DNA from: Chthoniobacteraceae bacterium
Lineage (GTDB): Bacteria; Verrucomicrobiota; Verrucomicrobiia; Chthoniobacterales; Chthoniobacteraceae
NCBI GenBank assembly: GCA_031425095.1
Contig: JANPIS010000413.1
Coordinates: 1,850 to 65,849 of the forward strand
DNA: 64,000 nt
Reading direction: 5' to 3'
Part shown: positions 8,475 through 17,878 of the stretch, piece after piece
Numbering within the stretch: position 1 is the first letter of the stretch
Layout of the letters: every line of letters starts with the position of its first letter
Notes under the pieces: generated by a model
Told to the model about the DNA's origin: nothing
What the model saw: the letters and a program-made list of their open reading frames with translations, nothing else
The model's database searches: none
Position numbers and translations under genes: made by a program

Positions 8475-10357
8475 GACGCCGCAGATTCGGGGATCAGCAG
8501 CACCCCAGACTCGGCGGGCAGCTTCCAATTGTCTTCCGTATCGAGCGGCGGGGTGCCGCCTCCGCCGTAGCGCGGGTCTTCGCTCGACCACGCCAGCGCC
8601 CATTGGCATCCGAGCGGCGGGGCAAGTAAAGGCTCGGGCGCGGGATCGAGATGCAGTTGTGGGCCGAGATTGATGAGTAAGAGGCGGTCGTTTTGCGCGC
8701 GCCCAAAGAACCGCAGCACGAAAGCCGTCGGCCCGAGCACCGCGCCGTCGTAAGTCCCGCGGCGCGCCTTGCCAAGCAGCGGATCGTTCCGGCGCAGGCG
8801 CAGCAGGTCGCGATGCAAGTGCAGCACCTCTTCGTGGCTCTCGCGTTCCCCAAAGTCGAGTTTGCAGCGGAGAAAGGTGTCCTCCAATTCGGGGTTCGGG
8901 ACGAGCGCGGCGGTGTCTTCGGCGGCGATGCTGGGGAATTGCTTTAGAAACTCCGCGCGCCCCGCCGCCACGGAGCGCGCCAGTTCGGGATTGTGATCGG
9001 CGAAGTAGAGGAACGGCGCCGAAGCTGCAAACTCCTGGCCTTGGAAGAGCATTGGCGTATTTGGACCGAGCAAGAGTAACGTAGTCAGTGCCCGTAAGCG
9101 ACCCGCACTGGTGACGGTGTGAATGCGGCGACCGACGAGCGAGTTGGCGATTTGATCGTGATTCTGCATGAAGTTCACGAAATTCGTCGGATCGAGATCA
9201 AAGCCCGGCGTGCCTCTCCTCGCCTTCTGCCATTTGTAACGCTGCCCCTGATAGAGGTAACCCCACTTGCACGCGGAGATGAACTCCTGCGGCGAGCCGT
9301 GATAGTCCGTGTAGTAGGCTTCGTTGCGGCCCGTCATCGCCACGATGGCCGCGTGGTGAAAGTCGTCATTCCACACCGCGTCGAGGCCGTAGCCGCCTGA
9401 CTTCGGAGGACGCACGAGATGGCAGTGCTGCGTTTCATTCTCCGCCACGAGATAAGTGCCGCGTCCTCGGGCTGCCTCACGCACCCGCTGGGCTACGGCT
9501 GCGAGCAGGTGTTCCGGCGAATCGTCGAAGATCTGCTGCGTGGCATCGAGGCGCAACCCATCGAGATGAAACTCTGCGATCCAATAGCCCGCATTCGCGA
9601 TGAAGAATTCCCGCACCGGCGCACTGTGTTCGTCATCGAAACTGAGCGCATCGCCCCACTCATTCTTGTAGCGCTCGCTAAAGTAGTGCGGCGCGAACTT
9701 CTTCAGATAGTTTCCATCCGGGCCGAGATGATTATAGACGACATCCAGGATCACCCCAAGCCCGAGTGCGTGCGCGCGATCGACGAAGCGGCGGAAGTCA
9801 TCCGGCTCTCCGTAGAGCCGCGTGGGTGCGAAGAGATTCACCCCATCGTATCCCCACCCATGCTGGCCGGGGAAATCCGCCACGGGCATGACCTCGAGCA
9901 AGGTCACGCCCAGGTCGGCGAGATGCGGCAACTCCTCCAGCGCCGCGGCCCAGGTGCCATCGCGGGTGAAGGTGCCGATGTGCAGTTCATAGATCACCTG
10001 CCCCTCGCGCTGCACCCCGCGCCAAGCGCCATCCGACCACGCGAAGGCCCCCGGATCGACGATCCGCGACGCCCCATGCGGCCCGCGGGGTTGATAGCGC
10101 GTTGCCGGATCGGGGAAGGTCTCCCCATCGAGTTCGTAGCAATAGTGCATCCCGACGCACGCTTCCCCGACAGAACCCGACCAATAGCCTCCCGGCTCTC
10201 CACCCAGTTGTGCCGGGATGGCGTCGGTCAGGTCTTCCTTCGATCCGAAGACCACGGAGACGCGCTGCGCCGCCGGCGCCCAAACGCGGAAATGCACGCC
10301 TCCTCCTGCCTGTACGTCCGCGCCCACCGGCAGCCGCCGTGACTCGCGCTGGGTCAT
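8471..10357 (-). CDS. treZ: malto-oligosyltrehalose trehalohydrolase (GH13)
   Basis: FRVWAPAAQRVSVVF, YELHIGTFT, GWGYDGV, LDVVYNHLGPDGNYL and DGLRLDATQ are diagnostic TreZ/GH13 blocks. Confidence 0.9.
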   Translation of the reverse strand: MTQRESRRLPVGADVQAGGGVHFRVWAPAAQRVSVVFGSKEDLTDAIPAQLGGEPGGYWSGSVGEACVGMHYCYELDGETFPDPATRYQPRGPHGASRIVDPGAFAWSDGAWRGVQREGQVIYELHIGTFTRDGTWAAALEELPHLADLGVTLLEVMPVADFPGQHGWGYDGVNLFAPTRLYGEPDDFRRFVDRAHALGLGVILDVVYNHLGPDGNYLKKFAPHYFSERYKNEWGDALSFDDEHSAPVREFFIANAGYWIAEFHLDGLRLDATQQIFDDSPEHLLAAVAQRVREAARGRGTYLVAENETQHCHLVRPPKSGGYGLDAVWNDDFHHAAIVAMTGRNEAYYTDYHGSPQEFISACKWGYLYQGQRYKWQKARRGTPGFDLDPTNFVNFMQNHDQIANSLVGRRIHTVTSAGRLRALTTLLLLGPNTPMLFQGQEFAASAPFLYFADHNPELARSVAAGRAEFLKQFPSIAAEDTAALVPNPELEDTFLRCKLDFGERESHEEVLHLHRDLLRLRRNDPLLGKARRGTYDGAVLGPTAFVLRFFGRAQNDRLLLINLGPQLHLDPAPEPLLAPPLGCQWALAWSSEDPRYGGGGTPPLDTEDNWKLPAESGVLLIPESAAS

Positions 10358-10899
10358 GTGTTCAGCACCGCCTTCCCATTACGCGGGTACGTATCCCGCG
10401 AACCCGCGACGCGCTGCCGCAAGGCCGGAGAGGCGCGATCCGCATCGTCGAGCAGGAGACGGTGCAGCACGGCGAGGCACACCCCCCAGACAAAGTGCGC
10501 CCCGAGCATGAGCGCATTGCGACGCATCGGATGCTCCGTCGCCGGACGGAGGATGCCCAGCGCCGGCAGCAACCCAAAGTAACTCAAGCTCCAGACGAGC
10601 GCACCCAGCAGCAGCCCGGCGAGCGTTGGCGAACCCAGCCGGCGCGTCGGAGCCGCCCCATAGATCGCCCCCGCTCCGCCACCGTAGGCAAAATGTGCGA
10701 TGAGTGTAGCCGCGGACATCGCGCTGGCCGTCATCGGCACCCCGGCACGACTGGCCACTGCTCCGGTGATCTCGCGCGGTGGGAGCGGATACCTCTCCCG
10801 CGCGGGCAGGCGTCGGTGCCACAACACCATCGCCGCCGTCATCGGTCCCGTGGCGACGACTCCGCAGATTCCCCCGAGAATGATGCGAGACCAATTCAT
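10354..10899 (-). CDS. multi-pass membrane protein of unknown function, first gene of the treZ operon
   Basis: Internal Met (MNWSRIILGGICGVVATGPM...). About 4 hydrophobic helices. Its stop overlaps the treZ ATG (ATGA at 10354-10357). Confidence 0.65.
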   Translation of the reverse strand: MNWSRIILGGICGVVATGPMTAAMVLWHRRLPARERYPLPPREITGAVASRAGVPMTASAMSAATLIAHFAYGGGAGAIYGAAPTRRLGSPTLAGLLLGALVWSLSYFGLLPALGILRPATEHPMRRNALMLGAHFVWGVCLAVLHRLLLDDADRASPALRQRVAGSRDTYPRNGKAVLNT

Positions 10900-10906
10900 G
10901 GGCTGG

Positions 10907-11572
10907 TTACCGCCGAGATGTCGTTGCAGGATTTGCGCCCGGAGTGGCGATTCCGCCATCGCGCCCTGACGGCGGCGCCGGGATGAGAGGTTCGGTAGTT
11001 TCCCGCAGGCGACCATCGAAGGACAGCACTTGATCCGCGCTCAAGGTGATCTGCTTCCCATCTGCAAAGGTCACCGTGCCGTCCGGCTTCACTTTCGTCC
11101 CATTGGGGAGTGCCAATTCCTGTTTGAGCTGCTCCGTCACGCCATTACGCGTGACCAGCGCCGCGCCGCTGGAGACCGTCACCCACTCGGTCGAGGAAAG
11201 GCCGACCTCCTCGCCCACTCGCTTCATCGGCGTGACGACCGAACTCACCGGCGCCGTGCCTTGCGGTGAAAGCGCTACTTCCTCAAAGGTGCCGCTCATG
11301 GTGAGGAGCTGATTATTCCGCAAGCTGGCCTTTTCACCGCTTGGCAAAGTCACGCTGCCGTCGCCCTGTACCCGCAAGCCGTTTTCGAGCAGGATTTCCT
11401 TATCGACCTTTTGGGAAACTCCATTGCGCGTGAGCAGGACGGAAGTCCCGCTCTTGGTGAATCCGTCGCGCGCGGAGACCGTCCCGCCCGGCACCTCGCC
11501 CGGCACAGTGCCTTGCGCCAGGGATACCTGGCCGGCAACGGCCAAGAGCAGAGAAAGCAGTGAACTTTTCAT
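10907..11572 (-). CDS. secreted repeat protein (DUF6799-like)
   Basis: Signal peptide MKSSLLSLLLAVAGQVSLAQG. Repeated NGV(S/T)..(V/L)..E(I/L)(L/A)L.NG..V..DG(S/T)VT units. Paralogue of 574-1716. Confidence 0.7.
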   Translation of the reverse strand: MKSSLLSLLLAVAGQVSLAQGTVPGEVPGGTVSARDGFTKSGTSVLLTRNGVSQKVDKEILLENGLRVQGDGSVTLPSGEKASLRNNQLLTMSGTFEEVALSPQGTAPVSSVVTPMKRVGEEVGLSSTEWVTVSSGAALVTRNGVTEQLKQELALPNGTKVKPDGTVTFADGKQITLSADQVLSFDGRLRETTEPLIPAPPSGRDGGIATPGANPATTSRR

Positions 11573-11823
11573 GGAGTCCGAATCGCTGGCCGCGCCGGCC
11601 GCGGTCTTGTGAAATCGCGCCCCAGGCCAGCGCGGAACCCTGCCCGATTTCATCAGGCACCATGAATTACGTCTTCTACATCATGGCTGCGGTCACCGCG
11701 ATCCTCGTCATCCTTAAAAATACCTCGGGCTCTACTGAAGCGGAGGATATGGGCCTTTGGCTCTGTCGCAAGGCTCAGGCGACACGTCAGGCCAAGTCGC
11801 CAGACGGCCCCGCCGATGCATCA

Positions 11824-12165
11824 TCATCTGCCACCCAGCACCACCGCCGCCGGCACCGCGGCATCCTCGACCGGAGTCTCCTTGAACGCGCCCACTTCCA
11901 GCACGCGCCCCTCCCGCAAAGTCACCGCGCTATCCACCAGCACCTTGCGTCCTTCGCCCTTGGTTTGTACCTCACGGAAAAGCCACACCTCCACCGGCAC
12001 CCCGCCTTTCACCGAGCGAGATTGCGAGTAGGGCTCACCCAGCACCCGCCGCACTTCCGCGCCCGTCATGCCGGCGGAGACGCGCTGCTCCGCGCGAGTT
12101 CCGAGGCAGCCAGCAGACGCCGCGACACACACGAGAAAGAGGGACTTCAGCGGGAGACAATTCAT
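11824..12165 (-). CDS. small lipoprotein (BamE/SmpA-OmlA-like fold suspected)
   Basis: Internal Met MNCLPLKSLFLVCVAASAGC (lipobox). GMTGAEVRRVLGEP resembles the BamE signature. Confidence 0.55.
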   Translation of the reverse strand: MNCLPLKSLFLVCVAASAGCLGTRAEQRVSAGMTGAEVRRVLGEPYSQSRSVKGGVPVEVWLFREVQTKGEGRKVLVDSAVTLREGRVLEVGAFKETPVEDAAVPAAVVLGGR

Positions 12166-12283
12166 TGCTCCTGAAGATCGCAATCGCGCACCGCCGCGAG
12201 CGTACCTAAAAAAGCATCCGGCGGCCCGACTCACGAGGGAGCCGGACCGCCGGTCGGGAGTTTTGCCTATTGCCGCCGCGGCG

Positions 12284-12631
12284 TTAGCGCGGGCTGCGCT
12301 GGCCACGGCCTTGCGGCACACTGCGGCGCGCTTCATTGGCCGCGAGATCGTTCGTCTGGAAGAAGCCACGCTCATTGTAGAACGTGCGCTTCCCCGCGAA
12401 GGTCTCCCCGACGATCAGCGGCGTCCGCACCAGCGTGTAGCCCACCCGGAAGGGATAGCGGACCACGCGCCAGGCCATCGGCGAATCATCGCCGGTGGCG
12501 GCACTCGTGGCCGCGCGGGCGTCCCGCGCCTGTGGACCGCCGGGATGCCCCGGTTTGTGGGCCGCGAGCGCCGTCCCATTCATGGTGAGCGCGGCGAGGA
12601 ACGCCGCACAGAGGGAGGTTTTCAGTTTCAT
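12284..12631 (-). CDS. secreted hypothetical protein
   Basis: Signal peptide MKLKTSLCAAFLAALTMNGTALAA. No family recognised. Confidence 0.5.
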   Translation of the reverse strand: MKLKTSLCAAFLAALTMNGTALAAHKPGHPGGPQARDARAATSAATGDDSPMAWRVVRYPFRVGYTLVRTPLIVGETFAGKRTFYNERGFFQTNDLAANEARRSVPQGRGQRSPR

Positions 12632-12685
12632 AGTACTCCCTGAATCGACCGCCTCGCCCCGGCCGCGCCCCTCCCGATAGCCCGT

Positions 12686-13183
12686 TCAGGCCCTCGGCGG
12701 AGCATGGTCCACCCCCACGATCTCCAGCGCGCGCTCTCCAGCCGGCGAGGGAAAGACAACCCGCTGCCCGGTGCGCGCATTCATCAGCGCCCGGGCCACC
12801 GGCGAAATCCAGCTCACCCACCCGCGCTCCGCATCCACCTCATCCACGCCCACGATGCGATACCGCGTGACCGTGCCATCCTCCTCCCGCACCGTCACCG
12901 TCGCGCCAAAGCGCACCCGATCCGCCGGCTCCGGTTCCTCGGGCACGACCTCCGCCGAAGCCAGCGTCTGCTCCAGCTCCGCCAGCCGCCGTTCCACCGC
13001 CACCCGAGCCTCCGCCGGCAACGCCAGATGCTCTGCCCGCAGCCGCGCCCCTTCCGCGCGCATCCGCTCCGCCCCATCCGCCGTCAGGTAATTCTTCGCC
13101 CCCGGAGGCAGCGCCGCCGAAGCCCGCAGCGCCACCACCGGCTCCGGCGCATCGTCATCTTCGCGGGTGAAGGCTTTGCTCAT
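12686..13183 (-). CDS. GreA/GreB family transcript-cleavage/elongation factor
   Basis: Internal Met MSKAFTREDDD. Coiled-coil N-terminal part. C-terminal Gre domain (RVRFGATVTVREEDGTVTRYRIVGVDE...ISWISPVARALMNARTGQRV). Confidence 0.8.
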   Translation of the reverse strand: MSKAFTREDDDAPEPVVALRASAALPPGAKNYLTADGAERMRAEGARLRAEHLALPAEARVAVERRLAELEQTLASAEVVPEEPEPADRVRFGATVTVREEDGTVTRYRIVGVDEVDAERGWVSWISPVARALMNARTGQRVVFPSPAGERALEIVGVDHAPPRA

Positions 13184-13235
13184 GGGGAAAAGTGGCTGCT
13201 CCCACACATCGTTGCATGCATCAGTCTTGGATGCC

Positions 13236-15932
13236 CTACTCGCCGGTGGCCGCGTGCGCGATGATTGCCGCCGTCGGGTCACCAGCATCCCGCATCAGCC
13301 GCGCCCGCTCGTCGAATTGCACGCCGCTGCTCCCGCTCACGAATAACATCTCCGGTGCAGCTACATTGTGCGCTGTACCGCAAATGGGATTGCGCGCGTC
13401 GGAATGGAGATAAGTAAAGGCGGCGAACTTTTCGGCTCCCTGCTGATCGGGGAGTGGGTAGGAGAGGATGTTGTGCTTGGTGAGTTCGGTGAGTCCGATG
13501 TCATGGCTGATGTCATCCAAATCAGCGCGGTCGTTCTGACGCATGAGGAAGAACTGCCGGCTGTTGCCAAAAACCGCGGAGCGGATGCGGCTCTCCTTGA
13601 AGCGGCTGTATTGCTGCACGATCGAGATGTTCCAGCAATTGAACTTTCGCATCTGCGCGTAGCTTTCCTTCACGATCTGTTCCCCGCCCGGAATGTCGAG
13701 GAGGCGCGCGACTTCCTCATAGACGTTCCGCTTTCGCAGTCCGCGCGGCATGGTGATGATGTGTTGGCGCGTGTAGTTGGTGATGAGAAATCCCGCGACC
13801 GCGCGCAGGAGTTTCGCAGCCTCGGGGATGTAGCCCAGCTCGAAATGCGCGATCTTTCCGGTGAGCGAGACGTTGCTGGTGCCGTCAAGCAGACATCCAT
13901 AGTTCCCGCCTGCGCACCAAGGGAGCAGGCGCGCCGCGAGATCGCCGGCCGCCGGATCGGAGCCGTCGAGTTGGATCAATTCCTGGAGCATTCGATGCGT
14001 CGGATATTCTTCGCGTGCAAAATAAGAGAAGGCGAGATTGCGCACTTCGCGGCGCGTGCCCGGTTCCTTGTGGAAGCGCACCACTTCCTCTTCGGTTGCC
14101 TCCGCGAGTTGCGCGGCAGCAAGGTCGGGCGTGGCGCGCATTCGGTCGCGGAAATCCACAAAGACATCGAGGCCAGTCGAGCCGGGCGTCAGCCTCCGCA
14201 GCCGGGCGAGCGTGCAGGCGTGACGCGCGACTTCCATCATTCGCCCGGCGTTTCGCCGACTCCACTCCTCAAAGACATCGTCCTGCAGCGCCATCAAGTG
14301 CTTGGCAATCTGCGCCTCACGCGCGAGTTGCCGATCCTCATCGCTGCTGACTCCGACAATCGTGGCGACCAGCGCCATCGCCGAGGACAGATGCTCTGAT
14401 GTGAGTGGAAGGCCATGCGTGTCGAGATAGTTGATTGTCAGCCCACCATCCGGCTGGATGATGATCGGCCGTGCGCCTGGCTCCACCGTCCGTGTGTAGA
14501 TTTCGTAGGAGAGTCCTTCCTCGATGATGACCGTGTAATCGTAGAATGCTTCCGTCTGCGAGAGCAGGTCGCACACGGTCACGCTCTTCCCGGCGCCGCT
14601 CATGCCGAGCAGCACGGCATGTTGGGGCGTGGCACTTCCGCCGGAGCCTGAGAAGGTCGTCACGCCGACCAAGTTGTGCGAGTTTCCCTCATAGAGCGCC
14701 TCCGCCTCTGCCAGATGGCCGGTGAACGTTGCGCTGAAAGGCAGCACATCGGCGAGGTAGCGTGTCTCTGCGTATAGTTTGCGGTGCGGGTAACGACCCC
14801 ACGGACATCCCGGCCAACTCTGGTAGAAAAGCTTCCGGGCCGTCGTCGGCAGCGCGCAAGTAAGATATTGCGCGCCATTCATCCCATTGATCGCATTCTT
14901 TATCGCCGCCATTTTCGCCGCCAAACCATCGGCGGTCTTGTCCCAAGCGCGGATGATATACTCTACATTGAAAGGCATCGTGTGCCCCTGCATCAGCGCC
15001 GCGATCTTTTTTTCCTTTTTCTCCATCGCAGTCAGGAGTGAGAGCCGTTTCTCGCTCGCATAGTCTCCCGCCAGCCGGTCGTGCGCCTTTTCCTCCTTGC
15101 CGATCTCCGTTCGGGTCGAGAGAGATTCGACGTTCACCGTCATGGTGTAGTCGAGCAGCGGTAAGCCCGTGAGCCTTTGCACCATGCCGGGATGAGTCAT
15201 CTTAGGCCAGCGGCTCAACACAATGACGCCGTGATGGAACCCATCCATCCAAAAGCCGGAAGCATCGGCAAATCCCTGCGCTTCGCTGTGCCAGCAATTC
15301 TCCTGAATCGAAAGCTGGGGATCGAACGTCTCGATAGGATCATAGTCGAACCGTTCCGCCAGCGAGGGGTTGAGGAACGTCGAGCAATGTCGGAAATGAT
15401 CAGCGTCCTTCATCGGCGTAATCCGCGCGCCAGGAAACACATGGCCAAGCAGTTGTCGCAATTGCTCGAACTCCCTGACCACTTGTTGCAGCAACGCCTC
15501 GTAGTGGCCGCGCTGCTTGGATGCGGTGGCGAGCGTCGGCGGGGAACTGTCGATCAACCGCGAGAAGTAGAGCACGAGCCGCTGCCGCCGCAGCCGACGA
15601 TCGAGCATTGCCTGCCAGTAGCGGGCAAAGCGCTCATTGCGGCAACGCTTCGTCCATACATTCGACGCGCGATCGGTGTGCTCCCGATACCGGAGCAAGT
15701 CCGCCCGATAATCCGAATCACAGAACCACTGCACCTGCATCCGCAACTTGTCGTGCAGACAAGTAAGCAGGAGCGCCAGTTGATCCTGAAAGGCATTCAG
15801 ATGTTCCGATGCCGCGGCGGTCAAGTCCGCAGGTTCGAGCACGAAGCCTTTCGAGACATGGCAGCCTTTGCGCAGGCCGTGGAAGACCAGCAGGTCGTTG
15901 ATGAAGTAGCCGTTTGGAGCGGATTCAAACAT
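13236..15932 (-). CDS. VirB4/TrbE/TraC-family type IV secretion ATPase (898 aa)
   Basis: Walker A LLGMSGAGKSVTV. A VirB4-type block NVYEEVARLLD...MRKFNCWNISIVQQ corresponds to the (D/E)E-aw-ll ... RK-N ... Q signature. Size fits the family. Preceded by two small membrane proteins in the VirB2/VirB3 positions. Confidence 0.8.
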   Translation of the reverse strand: MFESAPNGYFINDLLVFHGLRKGCHVSKGFVLEPADLTAAASEHLNAFQDQLALLLTCLHDKLRMQVQWFCDSDYRADLLRYREHTDRASNVWTKRCRNERFARYWQAMLDRRLRRQRLVLYFSRLIDSSPPTLATASKQRGHYEALLQQVVREFEQLRQLLGHVFPGARITPMKDADHFRHCSTFLNPSLAERFDYDPIETFDPQLSIQENCWHSEAQGFADASGFWMDGFHHGVIVLSRWPKMTHPGMVQRLTGLPLLDYTMTVNVESLSTRTEIGKEEKAHDRLAGDYASEKRLSLLTAMEKKEKKIAALMQGHTMPFNVEYIIRAWDKTADGLAAKMAAIKNAINGMNGAQYLTCALPTTARKLFYQSWPGCPWGRYPHRKLYAETRYLADVLPFSATFTGHLAEAEALYEGNSHNLVGVTTFSGSGGSATPQHAVLLGMSGAGKSVTVCDLLSQTEAFYDYTVIIEEGLSYEIYTRTVEPGARPIIIQPDGGLTINYLDTHGLPLTSEHLSSAMALVATIVGVSSDEDRQLAREAQIAKHLMALQDDVFEEWSRRNAGRMMEVARHACTLARLRRLTPGSTGLDVFVDFRDRMRATPDLAAAQLAEATEEEVVRFHKEPGTRREVRNLAFSYFAREEYPTHRMLQELIQLDGSDPAAGDLAARLLPWCAGGNYGCLLDGTSNVSLTGKIAHFELGYIPEAAKLLRAVAGFLITNYTRQHIITMPRGLRKRNVYEEVARLLDIPGGEQIVKESYAQMRKFNCWNISIVQQYSRFKESRIRSAVFGNSRQFFLMRQNDRADLDDISHDIGLTELTKHNILSYPLPDQQGAEKFAAFTYLHSDARNPICGTAHNVAAPEMLFVSGSSGVQFDERARLMRDAGDPTAAIIAHAATGE

Positions 15933-16290
15933 GATGAGTGGAATTCGGAGAGCGAAGAGGAGTGTCGCGAGGAGGTTGTGGTCCGAAGCCGGAGCCTTTC
16001 AGCCACAACTCGAAGAGATCGGTGTCGTAACCGGGTGGCTTTCCTTGGCGTAGCGCGAGCGCATAAAGCAGCGCAAGCCCGAGCGGAATGAGCGCAGGAA
16101 TTGCCGCGCTCAGGAGCGGCCAACGGCAGACGCTGAAGAGTAAAAGGAGCGTCACCACCGCCGCGAATGCTCCGCCGGCAACGAACCAGAAGAGATTGCC
16201 TTCCAGTCCCCAAGTCTTGCCGGCGGAGTCGTCCGCGCTGTTGGTCTCGGTGAGGCGCAGCTCGTGTCGCGAGTTCGCGTCGGTGTTCAT
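15925..16290 (-). CDS. small two-TM membrane protein in VirB3/TrbD position
   Basis: Internal Met MNTDANSRHEL. Two hydrophobic helices. The start overlaps the upstream stop (ATGA, 16287-16290). Its 3' end overlaps the VirB4-like start by 8 nt. Function assigned by position only. Confidence 0.5.
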   Translation of the reverse strand: MNTDANSRHELRLTETNSADDSAGKTWGLEGNLFWFVAGGAFAAVVTLLLLFSVCRWPLLSAAIPALIPLGLALLYALALRQGKPPGYDTDLFELWLKGSGFGPQPPRDTPLRSPNSTHHV

Positions 16291-16577
16291 TGGAACGCCC
16301 CGACATCGACCGTCGAGCCATCGAGACCGAATGCAGTGAAGAGCGCCTTCACGATCACCGGCGCGCCCGCGATGATGAGCCCGCCGATGATCGAGAGTTT
16401 GCCCGAATCGGTATCGCCGCGCCGGATCGCAAAGCCGCCACCGACGACGCAAATGGTGCCGAAGATGAAGCCGATGAGCATGACGATCCCCATCGCCTTG
16501 CTCGCGCCTTCAGCGAGACCGCCGCCAGCTTGAGCGAGGATGGGAGTGAATGGGTGGGTGAGTAGATAGGTTTTCAT
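16287..16577 (-). CDS. VirB2/TrbC-like pilin candidate (96 aa)
   Basis: Leader, then TM1 (MGIVMLIGFIFGTICVVGGGFAI), a short charged loop (RRGDTDSGK) and TM2 (LSIIGGLIIAGAPVIVKALF). This is the T4SS pilin architecture. Assignment rests on topology and position, not strong sequence identity. Confidence 0.5.
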   Translation of the reverse strand: MKTYLLTHPFTPILAQAGGGLAEGASKAMGIVMLIGFIFGTICVVGGGFAIRRGDTDSGKLSIIGGLIIAGAPVIVKALFTAFGLDGSTVDVGAFQ

Positions 16578-16663
16578 GTGGGTGACGTTTCTAGCGCGCT
16601 TCTCATTGGTCTCTGCTCCCGCGTCAGAGCGACCGGAACCCCGGGCGCTGCGACCCTCGGCGA

Positions 16664-17599
16664 ATGCAATCGCCTTCCAATTTGCCCGACCGCCTCGAAG
16701 TCCTCCGTCAACTCCCCGCGCATCTCAGCGCACACATCCGCGGGCAGGATCACGTCATCCCTCGCGTCGCCTCCATCCTCCAGCGCGGCGAACTCGGATT
16801 GGCCCCGAGCAATCGTCCGCGCGGGAGTTTCCTATTCCTCGGACCAACTGGCGTCGGCAAAACAGAACTCACCTTCGCCTTCACTCGCTACCTCGCTGGG
16901 GACGATAAGCTATTCCGCTTCGATATGTCGGAGTATCAGACGCAAGACAGTCTCGGCCTGCTGCTGGGCGGAAAATTCGGCGAAGTCGGACTGCTCGGCC
17001 TGGCCGTCGCAAAGTCTTCCACCGGTACGCTGCTCTTCGACGAAATCGAGAAGGCGCACCCGCGCGTGCTCGATGTCTTCCTGCAAGTCCTCGACGCCGC
17101 GCGCGTCACGATGGCGAACGGCGACGTGCTCGACCTTAGCGGCTTCTATATTGTCTTCACGTCGAACCTCGGTGCTGCCGAGTTACTCAATCTTCAACAC
17201 TCCTCATTCACCACGTTGGAGCGTCACGTCCTGACCAAAGCGCAGCGCACTCTCCGTCCTGAACTTTATGCGCGCATCACGGAAAAGATCGTTTTCAGCC
17301 GCCTCAGTTATGACGTGCAACTCGACATCGCCCGGCTCCACGTGACCCGCGAACTTGCGACCCTCCGGGACAAAGGGTTTCACGCTTCTGCCGATGAAAC
17401 AGTGATCTCCTTCCTCATTCAGCGTGGCTTCCATCCGCGCCTCGGCGCCCGCCCATTGCGTGATGCGGTAGAAAAGTATCTGCGCGGAGCCGTCGCGGAT
17501 GCCTTGCTGGCGGAAACTGATTGCCGGGTCGCGAAGTTTGTCGTCTGCGGTGACGAACTCCACCTGCTCACAACCCTCCCTGTGGTCACAACAGTTTAA
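16664..17599 (+). CDS. single-module AAA+ ATPase of Clp/Hsp100 D2 type (ClpA/ClpB C-terminal half only)
   Basis: IRGQDHVI, Walker A GPTGVGKTE, Walker B LLFDEIEKAHP, sensor-1 VFTSN, and a D2-small domain with GARPLRD. No N-domain, D1 or middle domain. Confidence 0.85.
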   Translation: MQSPSNLPDRLEVLRQLPAHLSAHIRGQDHVIPRVASILQRGELGLAPSNRPRGSFLFLGPTGVGKTELTFAFTRYLAGDDKLFRFDMSEYQTQDSLGLLLGGKFGEVGLLGLAVAKSSTGTLLFDEIEKAHPRVLDVFLQVLDAARVTMANGDVLDLSGFYIVFTSNLGAAELLNLQHSSFTTLERHVLTKAQRTLRPELYARITEKIVFSRLSYDVQLDIARLHVTRELATLRDKGFHASADETVISFLIQRGFHPRLGARPLRDAVEKYLRGAVADALLAETDCRVAKFVVCGDELHLLTTLPVVTTV

Positions 17600-17795
17600 G
17601 CCGGCAGCCATCGCGTTCCGCCGCACGCACAAACGCTCGCAGTAAGACGATTGTCTGGTGGTCGAGATTTTCAGTTGAAATGTAGATCGCGGTTCCCGGT
17701 GCAGGGTTCGGGAGATCCAGCGACAGTTCCGCGGCTGCTTGCCGGGCTCTTTGCCAGTGGTCAGCGCGGGGTGGGGTCTCTTCGGCATCAGTCAT
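17586..17795 (-). CDS. hypothetical small protein (69 aa)
   Basis: ORF-track entry with non-repetitive composition (…HWQRARQAAAELSLDLPNPAPGTAIYISTENLDHQTIVLLRAF…). No family recognised. Confidence 0.4.
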   Translation of the reverse strand: MTDAEETPPRADHWQRARQAAAELSLDLPNPAPGTAIYISTENLDHQTIVLLRAFVRAAERDGCRLKLL

Positions 17796-17878
17796 CGAGC
17801 ATCATCAATGCAACGCCTTGGGAATGTTGTCAGCCCTCTTCGCCTGCGGATGGCGCGACTCGCCTGACGCCGTGACAT

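Noticed and set aside
11662-12174. Plus-strand ORF beginning MNYVFYIMAAVTAILVILK and continuing for 170 codons
   Set aside because: After the hydrophobic start it becomes His/Arg-rich noise antisense to the lipoprotein gene. Only the N-terminal resemblance to the 61774 peptide is noted, and it was not annotated as a gene.
17204-17788. 194-aa minus-strand ORF
   Set aside because: Mostly antisense to the AAA+ ATPase gene, with no motifs. Only the separate 69-aa ORF (17586-17795) downstream of the ATPase was kept, at low confidence.
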